A stretch of 64,000 nt of DNA from Octopus vulgaris (taxonomy: Eukaryota), in contig OX597814.1 in NCBI GenBank assembly GCA_951406725.2, positions 89,156,001-89,220,000 on the forward strand, in the 5' to 3' direction. The notes under the pieces were generated by a model, which had not been told where the DNA came from, ran no database searches, and saw only the letters and a list, made by a program, of their open reading frames with translations. A program made the translations under genes and the position numbers. Position 1 is the first letter of the stretch. Each line of letters starts with the position of its first letter. This document shows positions 45,936 through 59,875 of the stretch, piece by piece.

Positions 45936-47778
45936 GTATCTGAAATATTTTTCTAAATGCACATTTTATTAATTTGTTTCTGTTAATCTTCGTTATATTC
46001 TTTTTTATCAAATGAATGCTGTAGTGCTATAGGTTAAAAGACTTTGGGGCTTTTTTTATGTTCATGTTTTCAGACTAGCATAAGAAAGTTGGTTTTTATT
46101 GGCATAAATGTTTTTTTTTTTTAATCTGTTGGGTTTCTTTCTTATTTTCTGTAAATACTGAACTGTAAAGCAAAAGTGGAATCTGCTGGTCAGTGAAACT
46201 ATCCGAAAGAAGCAGGGTTATATACCTTGTCCAAAAAAAATGTACGGTAAAATGATTTTAGTAAAGTTTGAACTCATAACCATATCATGCATGGCTGTGT
46301 GGTTAAGAAGTTTGCTCTGCAACTCTGTGGTTTCAGAGTCATCTTAGACAAGTGTCTTCAATTATAGCTCCAAGCTGACCAACACATTTCATGACAGAAA
46401 CTGTGTGAAGTTCTTTATGTGTTTGTGTGTATATGTATGCATGTGTGTATTCATGTGTGTGTGTATACATGTATGTGTACTCGTATGTATGTGTGTATAT
46501 GCATACATGTGTGTGTATGCATGTGTTACTGCTTGGCTGCTAGAATTATGTCCCCTAAACTTGATGGGTCAGCAAAAGAATCTGATGTGATAAGTACCAG
46601 ACTTTAAATAAATCCTGCTGTCAATTTGTTCAACGAAACACTTCAAGGTACTGCCCCTGCATGGCTGCGGTCAGTGACTTAAAGAAGTAAAACAAATATG
46701 GTCAGTAGTCCAGCGTCTTCACCCTATGAATATTCGGGTTCAATAACTTTGTGGGATGCAAGCAACTACTATAGACCATATACAACCTGCATTTGCACTA
46801 TATGTACATTTGTACAAATACACACATACATGTGGTAGAGATAATCAGATTAAATATCTTAATTATTCATGGAGTCTAAAGTTCAGCCCTTTCTTATTGT
46901 GATAATGTTAAATTATAAAGTTGGCAAACTGGCAGAATTGTTAACACATGCGGGAAAAGTTCTTAGTGGCATTTCATCCATCTTTACATTCTAAGTTCAA
47001 ATTCCAATGAGCTTGACTTTGCTTTTCATCCTTTCGGAGTTGATAAAATAAGTACCAGTTTATCACTGGGGTCAAACTTACTGGCCTTGTACCAAAATTT
47101 GAAATCAATTAAGTTTAATTATTCAATCATCATTAACATATTAATGTTGCTATATCTGTTTTTCCTTGATAGCTTGAGTTGAAAGGATCTTCCATAGAAC
47201 CTGATTTCACTCTGGCCTAATATTCTGAGCTGTGGAATCATTTCTTCTTATGGCTTTCTCACTCAAAGACATTCTCCACAAGTTATTCACCTAGCATTAA
47301 ATTATCCATTCTCATTTCATGTTCTTCAGTTCGTTTAACCAGCACTTTGAAAGCCGTACTGGAATACCACATTTAAGAGCTGATCCATACCAGTGCTATC
47401 TTCCCTGAATACATTGGCTGGTGGCATTAATGCCCAGCTGCTTTTCCAACACATTTATACTCTGTCATTAACGTAGGTTAATATTATACATTCAGTAAAT
47501 CATGTTTACTCCATTTTCTCCAGCCTTCACAAATCACTCACATGTCTCACTACAATCATGCAATTATTTCTTTCACAAACTTCATGTTATCTGCCTTTTG
47601 CATGGAGAGAAAAAAAAAGGCTCAGTTTCCAAAAGGGACAAAGAATCCTTGAATTTCTTCTGTCTTCTTTGCTTCAGCAACAGATACGGGATGTTTTGAC
47701 ACTGCCATTTTGATGCCACCTATTTGGTGTTGCTGATTCAATTCTGACTTGTTTGACATCTGATGTTTTAATGTTTCT

Positions 47779-47783
<5 letters not shown>

Positions 47784-47848
<65 letters not shown>

Positions 47849-48084
47849 GTGTATGAGCATATTTCTCTTTATGTTTATGGGGAGAGAGAAAGTGTGTTTA
47901 TGTCAATTGTGTTCAATTAATAAATTGTAATGTCTCTCACTCTGCCCTTTTGTATATATGTATATATATATGTGTGTATATATATTTATATATATATATA
48001 TATATATATGTAAATATATATATATATGTAAATATATATATATATATTTACATATATATATATATTTACATATATATATATATT

Positions 48085-48130
<46 letters not shown>
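47784..48130. repeat. (CT)n and (TA)n microsatellites
   Basis: Seen directly. Confidence 0.9.
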
Positions 48131-48134
<4 letters not shown>

Positions 48135-48703
48135 TGCATGTGTTTGTGTGTATGCTTGCTTCTAATGCCAAAAAGTACTGTCACTTGAACTGGTTCAATG
48201 CCCATTCAGCCATGCCAAATCACCAAATAAGCAGTGTCCAAACAGCTGCACCCAATCAGTTCATTCAGTTCAGCAACTATGCTTTTACTATAGCCACTTT
48301 CAGTATTAATCATACTTAGTCTTACTTTATTCAAAGGTTATATGACAATTGAATATATTTGGTTATATTGTAAAGAATTAGTAGAATTTATAGATATCAC
48401 ATCTTAATGATGGAAGACTAAAAGTTGAATTTGTTCATTCTAAACTATTGTTTTTTATGTAACCAAGCATTTTAGCTTCAACACCTTAAAAGTTACTAAG
48501 TATTGTGTTAGAATTAAAAATGAAGCCTATTTTTTTCTCCCTTTTTGGCCTCTGTGAATAATGGTTATAAAAAATGTAAACATTATGTAAAAAAAAAAAA
48601 AAAAAAAAAAAAGCAATTAGAAAGTGGAAGTGCTGTTTGGAAGGTAGAAAAAAAATAAAGGATTTGTAGATGTTCTTTAGCCTTTTATTTTCTCTGCTTT
48701 TAG

Positions 48704-48802
48704 ATATGTGATGAACTGAACCATCCAAGACTTTCTAATGTTCGTAAATGGAAAGGAAAGAACAGAAAATGGGAATATGTGATGGCCAACCCTAATATTG
48801 AG
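48704..48802 (+). CDS. EEPD1: EEPD1-like coding exon 3 (ICDELNHPRLSNVRKWKG...)
   Basis: tttTAG| and |GTAAAA, 99 nt, phase 0/0; matches the EEPD1 ELN-P-L-NIRKWKG segment. Confidence 0.88.
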
Positions 48803-50059
48803 GTAAAAAAATGTTAATTCTAATTTAACCTTTTAGCATTTAATCCGGCCATATCTGGCCAAAATATTCTACTTGTTTTATGTTAAAACTGACCAGTTCC
48901 AGCCTCAAATACCCACCCTGCAATGTTATTTCTGAAAATATACTAATACAACATTGAAATCTCAAAGCTACAAGATGATTAATTCAGAACAATCTGAATA
49001 ACATAAGCATTATGTTTGACAGAGTAATCTGAATGTTTAAGGGTTGGATCTTTTCTATTTCAATGATTTCACTACTATTAAATTTCTGAAGTGCCACAAC
49101 AATACTAACAAAAAAGAAAACAACAAAAAAATTTTGTCAGTATTTCTGCTTTAATAAGACTATGTAAAACTTATTATATTTGTTACAATATGCTTACTAT
49201 GTATTTTACTTGAAGAACTTCATCCTCATTTTATGCCTGCTTTTCATGCTAGCATGGGCTAGACAAATTGTCATGATCCAAGTCAGTTTGTATGTGGTGT
49301 TAGTGTCCTTCTAGGCCTGTTGGAAGATTGTGTTTCACATGTTTTGTTTTTGACTTATTATCTAAGGTTGGATAATCTTCCTACCACCACCAGCTTTACA
49401 GTGTGTACTTAGTGCTTTTTATTGTGGTGTCAGTACTAGAGAGGCTGGCATGTTCTTGACAAGACTAAAAGGTCCTCTTGACTCCACATTGTCTCTGCTT
49501 CTTAATTAACTCTGAAAAGAATGTACTGGAAGCATTTCATCATGGCACCACTTGTGAAGTTGCTTTGTAAAACTTAAGGTTAGAGCGTCCCCACTAGTCT
49601 GTCATGTTTGTACACAAAAGGTAACACGTTTGAGAAGGTGAGTTGAAGAGAGGTGATGCACTTTCCTATGGCACAAACACTGGAGAGGTTCATGTGACCA
49701 TGGCAAGACAAGACTAAAGGGAATTCACAATCCTGTTTTCTCCATTCATTTGTCATCAACTTAACTGTGTTTATTGGGTTTTTTTCTGTGGCACCAGCAT
49801 GAGAGAGATTGTCAAATGGCAAACAAGACTAAGAGACATCTCATTCCTGCTTTACCTATACTCACTGAACAATCTCTTTAGAGTGTGTGCAGGGTGTCAG
49901 GCTTCCCATGAAGTCACTGAAATCAAATCCTAGAAATGGTTCCAATATTCAGAATTATTTCATTTTCTTAGGAAAAAATGTTTTGTTGTTGAATTTTTCC
50001 TAAATAAAAATTTCAGTTTAATATTCCTGTTTTTTATTTTGTTTCTTGTATCCTTAAAG

Positions 50060-50188
50060 AATGTCGAACACAGTGGCTTCATTTATGATGTAGAACAAGG
50101 AGTTAAATTAACTGGAACTAATCTACAAAATATCAAGCCTTCTCAAGAATGTCCTTTTGAGTGCCAAGCTTTGTCTGGATTTTTCCAG
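50060..50188 (+). CDS. EEPD1: EEPD1-like coding exon 4 (NVEHSGFIYD...LSGFFQ)
   Basis: AAG| acceptor and |GTATGT donor, 129 nt, in frame. Confidence 0.8.
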
Positions 50189-52459
50189 GTATGTGATGAA
50201 AAAAAATATTTATTATTTTGATCTACAATAACCTTAAATGATCCTGCTGTCCATCATTTTGACCAATGCCTGCTTCAAATTTTTATCGTTTTTGTTCTTT
50301 GCAGTTATTCATATTTTCTCTGTTACTCACTTTATTTGCTTAAACTATTACACATCCTGTGTATCACATGTAATACACAGGACATATTTCCCTGACATTC
50401 ATGCATCGTATATGATACACATTCCCAATTTTTTTCCAACCACTAGAGTAAATAAGACTTATAAAAAGAAAGCTCTTTATTACACAAACATATGAAACAA
50501 GGGTTAGCTAAAAGTCTGAAAATAAGCATGGTCATTTATGTCAGGCAAAGGGTGAATTGCTTAATTTTAATTTTTAGTAACTTTCTATATCTGCTTCCAT
50601 TCTTGGTAGTGTATATCTTTTATAACTATTTACTCGTTTAAACATACACACACATAGTATTTATTCTTCTGTCCTCTTCACAATTTTTATTATACATTTT
50701 TTTTAGACTATTATTTTCTGACATCATTATCATCAACATCAAGCTAGCATGGGTTACATAGATTTGCAATACTTTCAATCATGTCTTATTTTATATGCTT
50801 AACATAATCTTCCTAAGTCCATTCTTCAAACACATAGCTGCAGTACCTTACATCAGGATTTCTTTGTCCCTAAATTTTCCCTACTTTAGATAGTCTCTAC
50901 CACCAACTTTTTTCTCCTCTCAGCCAGTATTTCATTAAATTAACCATTTTAAAATTATTTACAATTCTCTTTTAATGATTTTTTTTTACTATCATATCCA
51001 ATATGTTTTCTCATTCAGAACATGAATACAAAGACTTTTAATAAGTGTATATATAACACAAGTGCATGTAAACATGAAACAGGCTCTTGAAATTGTTACT
51101 ATGAAAGATTATTGAACATCTGTGTGTATGAATATCAGGAATCTACCACTTACTCCAGGATTATTGCAGCAATGTTAAAAGCTTGAGTGTGATTTGGGAT
51201 AGAATTAGAAACATAACTAATAAAACACTTTGCACTGCAGTTATTACAAATGACAGGAATACTTAAGCTGTTATAAAGACAAAAATGGAACATTTGAAAT
51301 AAGTAATAGGGAAAAAAATGAAGCTAATAGATCAGGTGGCACAAGAAAGAATATCTCCCCCATATGCTGTCCACATTAATATCAAGGTATGGAAACACTG
51401 CTATAATATTTTTTATAACAATAGATATTCCAAAACAAATTTATTGATTTAAATGATGCATTTGATACATCTCGTAAGTTTTAACACCACAAGATCAACC
51501 ACTGTGAAGTATGTGACCAAGCCATAATTTCTGTAAATCACCAGTCTGTAGTCTGTGTCCTTTAAAAAACAGCTGACTGGAAGGTTAGCGCAAGATAGCA
51601 GTATTGAAGAAATGGTTTAGAATACTAAATTCTTGTGGATGCATTGTTCTAAATTTTTATGACTCAGTGGTTAGAGCATTGGGCTCACAATCATGAGGTA
51701 GTGAGTTCGATTCCCAAATCGGGCTGTGTATTGTGTTCTTGAGCAAGGCACTTTATTTTACACTACTCCAGTTCAATCAGCTGTAGAAATGAGTTGCAGT
51801 GTCTCTGGTGCCAAGAAATATCAGCGTTTGCCTTTCCCTTGGATAACATCAGTGGTATGGAGAGAGGAGGCTGATATGCATGGGCAATTGCAGGTCTTCT
51901 ATAGATAACCTTGTCTAGACTTGTGCCTTGGAGGGGAACTTTCTGGGTGCAATCCCATGATCATTCATGACCAAAGGTGGTCTTTACCCTTTACTATTTT
52001 ACCAAGACAGAAATAGCTCTTAAAATAGTTTGAAATGGTTTCAGGTTTGTTCCAGGAAAGAAATTTTCACCATCATGATATAGGATTCAGTTTATTACCT
52101 CTGTGAGGAATATGTTCTCTATTGTAAGATTGTAACAAGAACAATGTTAACTTTCTATTTTTTTAATATGGATTTCCAGTTGGTGTCAATGTAAAGAATA
52201 ACAGTACATACATGCATATATATATACACACACACACACACAAAATAGTTCACAGGTGATCTAAATGACTAGGTACGCTGGGTAAGTGCTGTAATGGATT
52301 ACCAGGGCTCCAAGCTCATAGCCAAGACAGGAGTCATGGAACCATTGTAGATTTCCAATATAGCGGATATATAATTGTTAAAGAGGACAACAAACCCTAA
52401 AGCAAGACAAACATCTCAAGTCATATACGTTATTATTATTATTATTAGAAAAATTTTAA

Positions 52460-52515
52460 GTTTTACAGCTGTTTCTGGGATATCCCAAAATATGGGATAT
52501 TCTGTCATCGGAGAC
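52460..52515 (-). ncRNA. Hammerhead-like core (CCGAUGA variant)
   Basis: Minus strand: gucu-CCGAUGA-caga-AUAUCCCA-loop-UGGGAUAU-ccca-GAAAC-AGCU-GUA-aaac. Confidence 0.5.
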
Positions 52516-52859
52516 AAATAGGGAAAATGTGAAGGGTATAGATTAAAGAAACAATGAAATAAAAGACTGTTGAAAAAAGAAACATAAAAGTTTGCAGTTC
52601 AACTTTCTCTTAGTGTAGATACTTGTCCATAAGTTTTTAGGTACAATCCTATGTACATCCAAGTATGTTTATAGCCTTCATAAGGTAAATATCCAGAGAT
52701 AAACACAGTCATCAATGGTTCATAAGAGAAATATAGCATTCTCTCATGAATTTGTTTTGCCTTAGCATTTGTTGTCTTCTTTAACAAATATATATATGTG
52801 TGTGTGTATATATACTTTCTCGTCATTTTGATAAAATGCAAAATTGTTTCTTCTTCCAG

Positions 52860-52986
52860 GTGAAGAATTTTCATTTTATTTTTGTGAATGTATATCACAA
52901 GCTTGCTTCCATCAAGGATTTCCATAAAGAGAATCACACTGGTCATATGGCTAATATTTTGCATAACATCAAAAATATATCTACAG
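52860..52986 (+). CDS. EEPD1: EEPD1-like coding exon 5 (VKNFHFIFVNVYHK...)
   Basis: ttcttcCAG| and |GTATGG, phase 0/1. Confidence 0.8.
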
Positions 52987-54701
52987 GTATGGTACATATT
53001 TTTTTCTTTAATGAATACGGTATCGTTTCTCATTGGTAACCTGTGCTTTAAAGATTGTCTTTAACTGCATGAATACTGTTTTGTAATTTACTAAAGGGAC
53101 ACCTCTGTTTGGTTTCTTTTCAATAACGGTGCTTAAGAAAATAAAGAAATGTGTTGCTGTTTCAGTGGCACTCTTTCTAATAACCCTTTTACCGTGGGAA
53201 TCAGATATATCTACTCAAAGTTCCATTGCTCTTATGTGCAGAAAGCAGTTTTATAAACCAATCTGTCTTTTTTTGAGGAATATCATGTTTGAAGGTACCT
53301 TTTTTTTTTTGCTGAGATGTATCAAGTTTACTAAGGCAATGTGACTTGCAGAAAATACCAGTTCTGTTTTTTGGTAGATATTTAACATCCTTACTGGCAT
53401 AACCATGAAATTTAACCCTTTAACTGTGAAATTAAATTAATCTAGCATCTTGGATACATGTAGCAATGTCCTATTGCAAGTATTTAGACAGGTCACTGAT
53501 TTGAGAATACATTACTCCTTACCTTCCATTCTTTTCTGAGGCCCTATGAAGGGTCATGACTTCTGCCTTCCCTCCTGATGAAAAAGATAAAAAAAACATA
53601 ATCATCTAACTGGCAGTAGCTTGTAAATAATTCGGTCTGATTGACATACCACTTTTTTACTATCTGAGGAATTCCGACCATGTTTTGTGGTTCGTTACCT
53701 CAACAGCTACTTTATAGGATCCAGTGGTTAAAGACATCATCAGGAAGAACCCCATCTGGTTTCAACCCCTACTCCTCTACCACTTTTCACATGGCAGCCC
53801 CCTCCTTCTTTTTTGGATGTGTCTTCAGCTCTGGTGTTGAGTGTGTTTCTTCTTTCTCCTTTTTTTTTGTTCTTTTATTTCTTCAGTGCAGCATCAACGA
53901 ATGTCAGCGGGTGACTAATCATCCTGCCAAATTTCTCTTTAAATACTCACCGGTAGGCTCCAGCAGCCAGCACCAGCTAACTGTCACATGACACTGTCTA
54001 AGCTGTCCAGGGTCCATTCCTTTTTCTGTTCCTGTTTGATCCTTTATTCTTCCCCCGTGCTCCAGGATCATGGGGGCATGGTTCATCACTTGTTGCAACT
54101 TTACCCCAAATCGGGCTGAAAGCCCATTTGATCCTTCGTTACACTGTCGTACAGTTGTGTAGATAATGGCAGGAAAGTCATCCTGCTACAAAACATACTT
54201 TAAGAAAAATCATTCCACTCATGCCAACATGGAAAAATAAATTATTAGTAAAGTAAAAAAAAAAGAAATAATTTGCTATCTGTTTTGATAACATTATCTG
54301 AGAGATGTGCAAAACATGAAGCCTTAATATAAAAGGTTTTTCTTCATTAGCATTTAAACCAGCCAGATCTGGCCCCAATATACTACCTGTTTTTATGTTC
54401 AAACTGGCCAGATCCTGTCTCTTGCACCTTTCCTACAATGTCATTCTAAAATTAAACAATCACGTCATCAAAATCTCGATAATACATGAGATAATGCAAA
54501 ATAATGCAAATAAATAAGAATTACATTTGACAGAATAATGTGAATGCTAAAGGGTTAAGTAATTTTTCTCTTTTGAAGAATGGAATGCATGAAAAGAGAA
54601 CAAAGGATTTGAAAACTGGAAGCTAGATTTGTGGTTAGTTTGGCATACTGAGCTTGCTTCATTTTGTTTTTAGATAATTAAGTATTTCTGTTTGCTTTCA
54701 G

Positions 54702-54755
54702 AGGAAAATCACATAATTATTTTTGGTAATCTGGATGTTGAACTTGGACTAGAAG
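54702..54755 (+). CDS. EEPD1: EEPD1-like coding exon 6 (EENHIIIFGNLDVELGLE)
   Basis: ctttCAG| and |GTTTGT, phase 1/1; occupies the position of the II-GDF motif. Confidence 0.78.
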
Positions 54756-56933
54756 GTTTGTTGCATTATATTTTCTTAATTAAATATAAACATTTCTATA
54801 TCATTGCCTTAGTATTACTACTTTATTGCTTAATTACCAATATTTGTGGTTAGGTTTGAAGCCCTGGATTTGTATTGATAATTTAATACTTACATGTCTG
54901 CCTCTTTAAATTATTATAATAAATTATTGAAACACAAACACACACACACATACAAAAAAAAAACAATATTTGCTGTATATATTTTGTTTATTTTTCACTG
55001 GTTTTAATCACTGGATTGCAATCACGATGAGGAACTTCCTTCAAGAGTTTTAGTCAATCATTTAAGCTCCAGTACTTATTTCAACATCTTATTAATCTTT
55101 AGTTATTGAGTAGCTAAGTTACCAGTTTTTTTGTTTTTTTTCTAAAGTAAATAGATGACGCTGGTATACACCTACACATGCATTATATATTATATATATA
55201 TACATGTTCCAGTAAATTCTGCTTGGCCCATGCAAGCATTGACAGGTGGACATTAAACAAAGTGTGTGTATACATATATACATATATATATATACATATA
55301 TATATACATACATTCACACACACACATATATGATGGGTTTCCACACAGTTTCTCTTCTCAAGAGCATAAATCGACTTTGAAGTTACAGTGAAAGAAATTT
55401 GCTCAAAGTGTTGTGCATTAGGTTCAAGCCCTGAACCACAGGGCTGCAAAGCAAACTTCACAACAAATGACTATACCCACAAACTCTGAAACAGTTTATA
55501 AAATGTCTAGTGTAATTGTTCCTGATTAAATGATATTAAATATTGTGATTGCAAATAGTGAACTTTTATCATTACCCTTATACACTTTTACCAAATGAGA
55601 TCTGAAAATTGTTCAATGACTATTCTCTCAGGAGTTCTTCAAATTTCAAGTTTTGTTTTAGTAACATATATGCTACAAATGAAAATAGAAGTGGTGATTT
55701 ATCTCCAATCCAAATTTATGCCAACACAGTTTATTACTAATCTGCCAGTTCATAAATATATCGTGATTTGTAGTTTGAAAACTAAAATAATTTGAACTAT
55801 TTGCATAAATTTTAATTTCTCTTTTTATGTCACTTCTCCTAAGATTTCCCAGTAGAAACTGGTGGGGGGGTGGGTAAACTTTATTCATAAAAAGAAATCT
55901 AAAATTTCATAAGAGCCCATTAAACAAGACAAACATTATCCAAATGTTTGTGTGAAAATAGAAAACTAATTCTCATTGTTTCTTTAGGGAGCCAGTAAAC
56001 ATTTTTTTTTTAAATTTAACTTTTAAAGAGACATTTATCATTCATCATAACAAGCTTTAAAACAATCACCTCCCAGATATATTTTCCTTTGATTTTTACA
56101 ATTAGAGCTAAAACTTTAGTTTCAAGCAGTTTTTTACCGTCTGAAAAAAAAAAGAAAACAACTTAGATCACCATCATGATTGGCAGCATTTTCTGTCCAT
56201 TTTCCATTCTAGCATAGGATAGATGAGCTGCTATTTTCTGAATTGGTTGTTATTGTAACCCACTATTCTCATAGATTGATGCTCATGCATGTCCTTTTGG
56301 CTTGGCATTTACAAGCACTAATCTGTGAAAGCAGTGGCTTCTTATAAGAATTGAATTAAATTATATCAACCCAGCCAACCCATGCCAACATGGAAAGTGG
56401 ACATAAAGCGATGATTTGTGTTTTACATAAGGTAAAATACTGCTATTAATGGATATTTATATGCAACTACTACTTATTTCAGTCAATATATGATGCTTTA
56501 TACTAAAGATCTGCAGAAGACTTATTACTCCTTCCCATATTTTGTTGTATCTTGGGAGGGCCATTATTCCAATCACTCTTTCTTATTTTGGCACAAGTCT
56601 GAAGCAGACCTGCAGTGGAGAGAGCTTGTCATTGATGAAGTTGTAAATGACAGTGAAAGAACTTTGACAAACCTAACTGATTGATCGACTGATTAACCTA
56701 GCAATTAATTAAACATTGGTTTAACTAATACATTAAATGTTAAGAACTTGACTAATAAAAAAAAAGGGAAATGAAACCAGTGCATGTATTTATTATTGGC
56801 ATGATAACCCTCCCAAGATATAACAAAATCTGTTTCAACATATGAGTTCATCACATCTAGAATCTCGCAAACCAAATACAAAAACAAAACCTTCCCGAGT
56901 ATTGATCTAACATATTTTACTTTTATTTTTCAG

Positions 56934-57152
56934 TAAAAGAATTACTGCAAGAACATGGTTACATTCAGTGTGTGGTCACTGAGAAACCTAGCATGTTACC
57001 TCTTGAGTTGAATCGCAGTGTTAGTCAACCACATCTCAAAAGAAGTAACAGTAGATACAATAGCAGTGTCAGTCTGTGTAGCCATTTAGCTTGTTCCAAA
57101 ACTATGGCAGGAAACATTTGGTTCAACAAAAATTCAAAGCACTTATATACAG
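56934..57152 (+). CDS. EEPD1: EEPD1-like coding exon 7 (VKELLQEHGY...AGNIWFNKNSKHLYT)
   Basis: tttttCAG| and |GTACTT, phase 1/1; NIW motif. Confidence 0.82.
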
Positions 57153-58549
57153 GTACTTGTCCTTTTTTTTTTTTAAATTCTTTCTAGCATTATCTAAAGT
57201 TGTTTACAGTTGTAAATAACTTTAGATAAATAAAAAAACGAAAGTAAAATAAGAACTAACTACTTCTGACAAGAAATTAGAATGTGCAAATGTCATCAAT
57301 CCTAATAATTTTTTTGCCTATCTTCCATAGTATGAAATGCCCAAATTTGAAAAAGCTGTCATCTACAGGCTAATCTTTATCTTTTACTTGTTTCAGTCAT
57401 TGAACTCCAGACACTCTGGGGCATTGCCTTAAAAGAATTAGTCAAACAAATCGAGCCCAGTACCTATTTTTAAGTCTGATACTTACTTTATCAGTCCCTT
57501 TTGCTGAACTGCTAAGTTATAGAGGTGTATACATATCAACACCAGTTATTAGGCTGTAGTGCTGGGGACAAACACAAACACACACACACAATGGGCTTCC
57601 ACTCAGTTTCCAGTTACCAAATTCACTCACAAGGCATTGGTCAGGCTGGAGTTATAGTAGAAGACTTTTGCACAAGTAGCAAAGCAGTGGAACTGAAACC
57701 ACATGGTTCCAAAGCAAATTTCTTAACTGCATAGCCATGCCTGTGCCTTTGTTCCTGTTAATTTAACATGAAACAGCTGTCACTCTAATCATAGCTCACT
57801 GTTTGGTAGTGAGAAGAGTATCTACCTGTGTTGGCATATTAGATGATTTTTGTTAATTTAGACATGTGCATACTGTTGAAGATATACAAAAATACACATT
57901 AGAAACTTCAAACTCTTTTCTTGAGAGAATTAACTAGTTCTTATTACGGTTTCAGTTTTAACCTTTTAACATTTAAACCAGTCATATCCAGCCTAAATAT
58001 TCTTCTTGTTTTATGTTTGAATCAACCAGATCTAGTTATCCAATAATGTAATTCTAAAAATATTCAATCATATCACTGAAATCCCAAAGCTATGAGATTA
58101 TACATGACAAAAAAATCTAAATGTTAACAGGCTAAAACATATAATGTTGAAAATATAATGTATTGTGATATTTATTGTTTATTGTCTTTGGTTAAGATGC
58201 TTATTGTTCCCTTTATATGATGTAATGTGGACTATTATTTGTTTTGAAATTGCCCTCGGTGGAATCTCTACTCTGTATAGTATTACTGTTTCTCAATGTG
58301 CTATTTTGTTGACCTAGATGTGGCCCCTATTTTTGCTTTTCATACTTAATGCATTAATTATTGTAGTTTACATTTCCATTCTCTTTAATTTATTTTGTTT
58401 CAATCCAAAGGTCCTTGTACTTTAATATTTTTGAATTGTATTTGAAACTCAGTATTTTGATGTGTGGTTATACCACATTTTAGATTATAGATTAGAAGTT
58501 TTATCATACTGCCCAGTGGGGAGTGACCATATACTTGATCTTATTTGTA

Positions 58550-59875
58550 ATTACCTCCACCAAAGAAGGAGGTTATGTTTTCATTGGCGTTGGTTTGTCC
58601 CTCTGTCCGTCTGTGTGCAAAATAACTCAAAAAGTTGTAAATGGTATTTGATGAAACTTGCCGGAAAAGTTGGTAATGACACAAGGAACAGATGATGAAA
58701 TTTTGGTAGTGATCCAGGAATTTTCATGGATTCTTGAAAGATTTTTCATTTGTTATATTTACTTTACATGAAGTATTATAATGTTACGTTCTTTGAAAAC
58801 ACGTTCATCGTTTTCACGTAACCTATGGTAGCATTGCCGTTTCTAAAGTTTATTTTAGTTTCTCTATTAGTAATTTTACTCGCGTATCTATCTTAAAATG
58901 AGCTGCTTGGCGGAGGTTGCAGAGAGTGACATGACAAGCCTTGACTATTGGGATTGATTCAAAAAGCTATGGTTTTGCTTCCTCCACCGCTGCTGTGAGC
59001 TCTATATCATCTGTATGATGTGAAAAATATTCCATCAACATTGCCCATCTTTAAAATTCATCCGAGGCTTGACCCCCGTGCCATCCGTCCACTACAGAAA
59101 TGTTTGTGTCATATCACAACACTATGATAGAACTATTTCACTTCAATTGGCCCTGCTCTCTTCAACATCGTGCCAGACAGACATAAAGGAGCAAAGTGAC
59201 TTCATGGCATTCAAATGATCCCAAGATGATTACCCCCAACAAATACCAGATAAACCACCCACACCCAGATATGTCTCTGAAAACAATAACCTTTTGCTTG
59301 AATGGGCTACAGTTCCCCAGAGCTGACTGTGTATCTCTTCCAGGTGGTGCTATTAAATTAGACATGGCCTGAGTCAACTTTGGCCAAAACTTATCTAAGT
59401 AATCTAATCTATGCTGTAACCTTTTAATCAAAGCATGACAATGTGGGTAGAGGCTGATATCTTAACATTTCTGATAGTCTTAAGTATAAAAAAAATTATT
59501 AAAGATTTATATAGAATTACATTCAGAGTATATCTATAAGCTATTGTGTTTAGACCTGGTTTTAATAAAGCAATCCGAAATTAGAAAAATCAAAAGTCTG
59601 CAACAATCTCGGTCCCATGAGTATCTGATCATGGATTTTCAACTGAGTAAAAAACTAATTGTGGTGATCTTAGATTTGACAGTGATTGTGGTGATAGCAG
59701 AGACTGTTGATGATGACAATGGTCGAGATAAGTATGGGAGGAGGATAAAATAGCATCTCTGTTATGTTTTTGCCAGTGTAGGTTTGAGAAATTGGGCGAT
59801 TTTCAGCATGCATATATATATGAGTGGAAATGAGCTGCTGGGCGGAGGTCTACACTCTCCGAATGCTTTTCTAGT
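58550..59875 (+). mobile_element. Helentron/DINE-1-like non-autonomous element with an ~900-bp internal insert
   Basis: 5' acctcc..ggaggt hairpin, ctgtc microrepeats, subterminal ggcggaggt, terminal ctag in a T-rich site; a 22-bp sequence is duplicated at 58896 and 59828. Confidence 0.55.

Noticed and set aside
53640-54180. GC-richer intronic patch, possible LINE 5'UTR or HDV-like ribozyme
   Set aside because: I could not build the nested pseudoknot or assign a family by eye.
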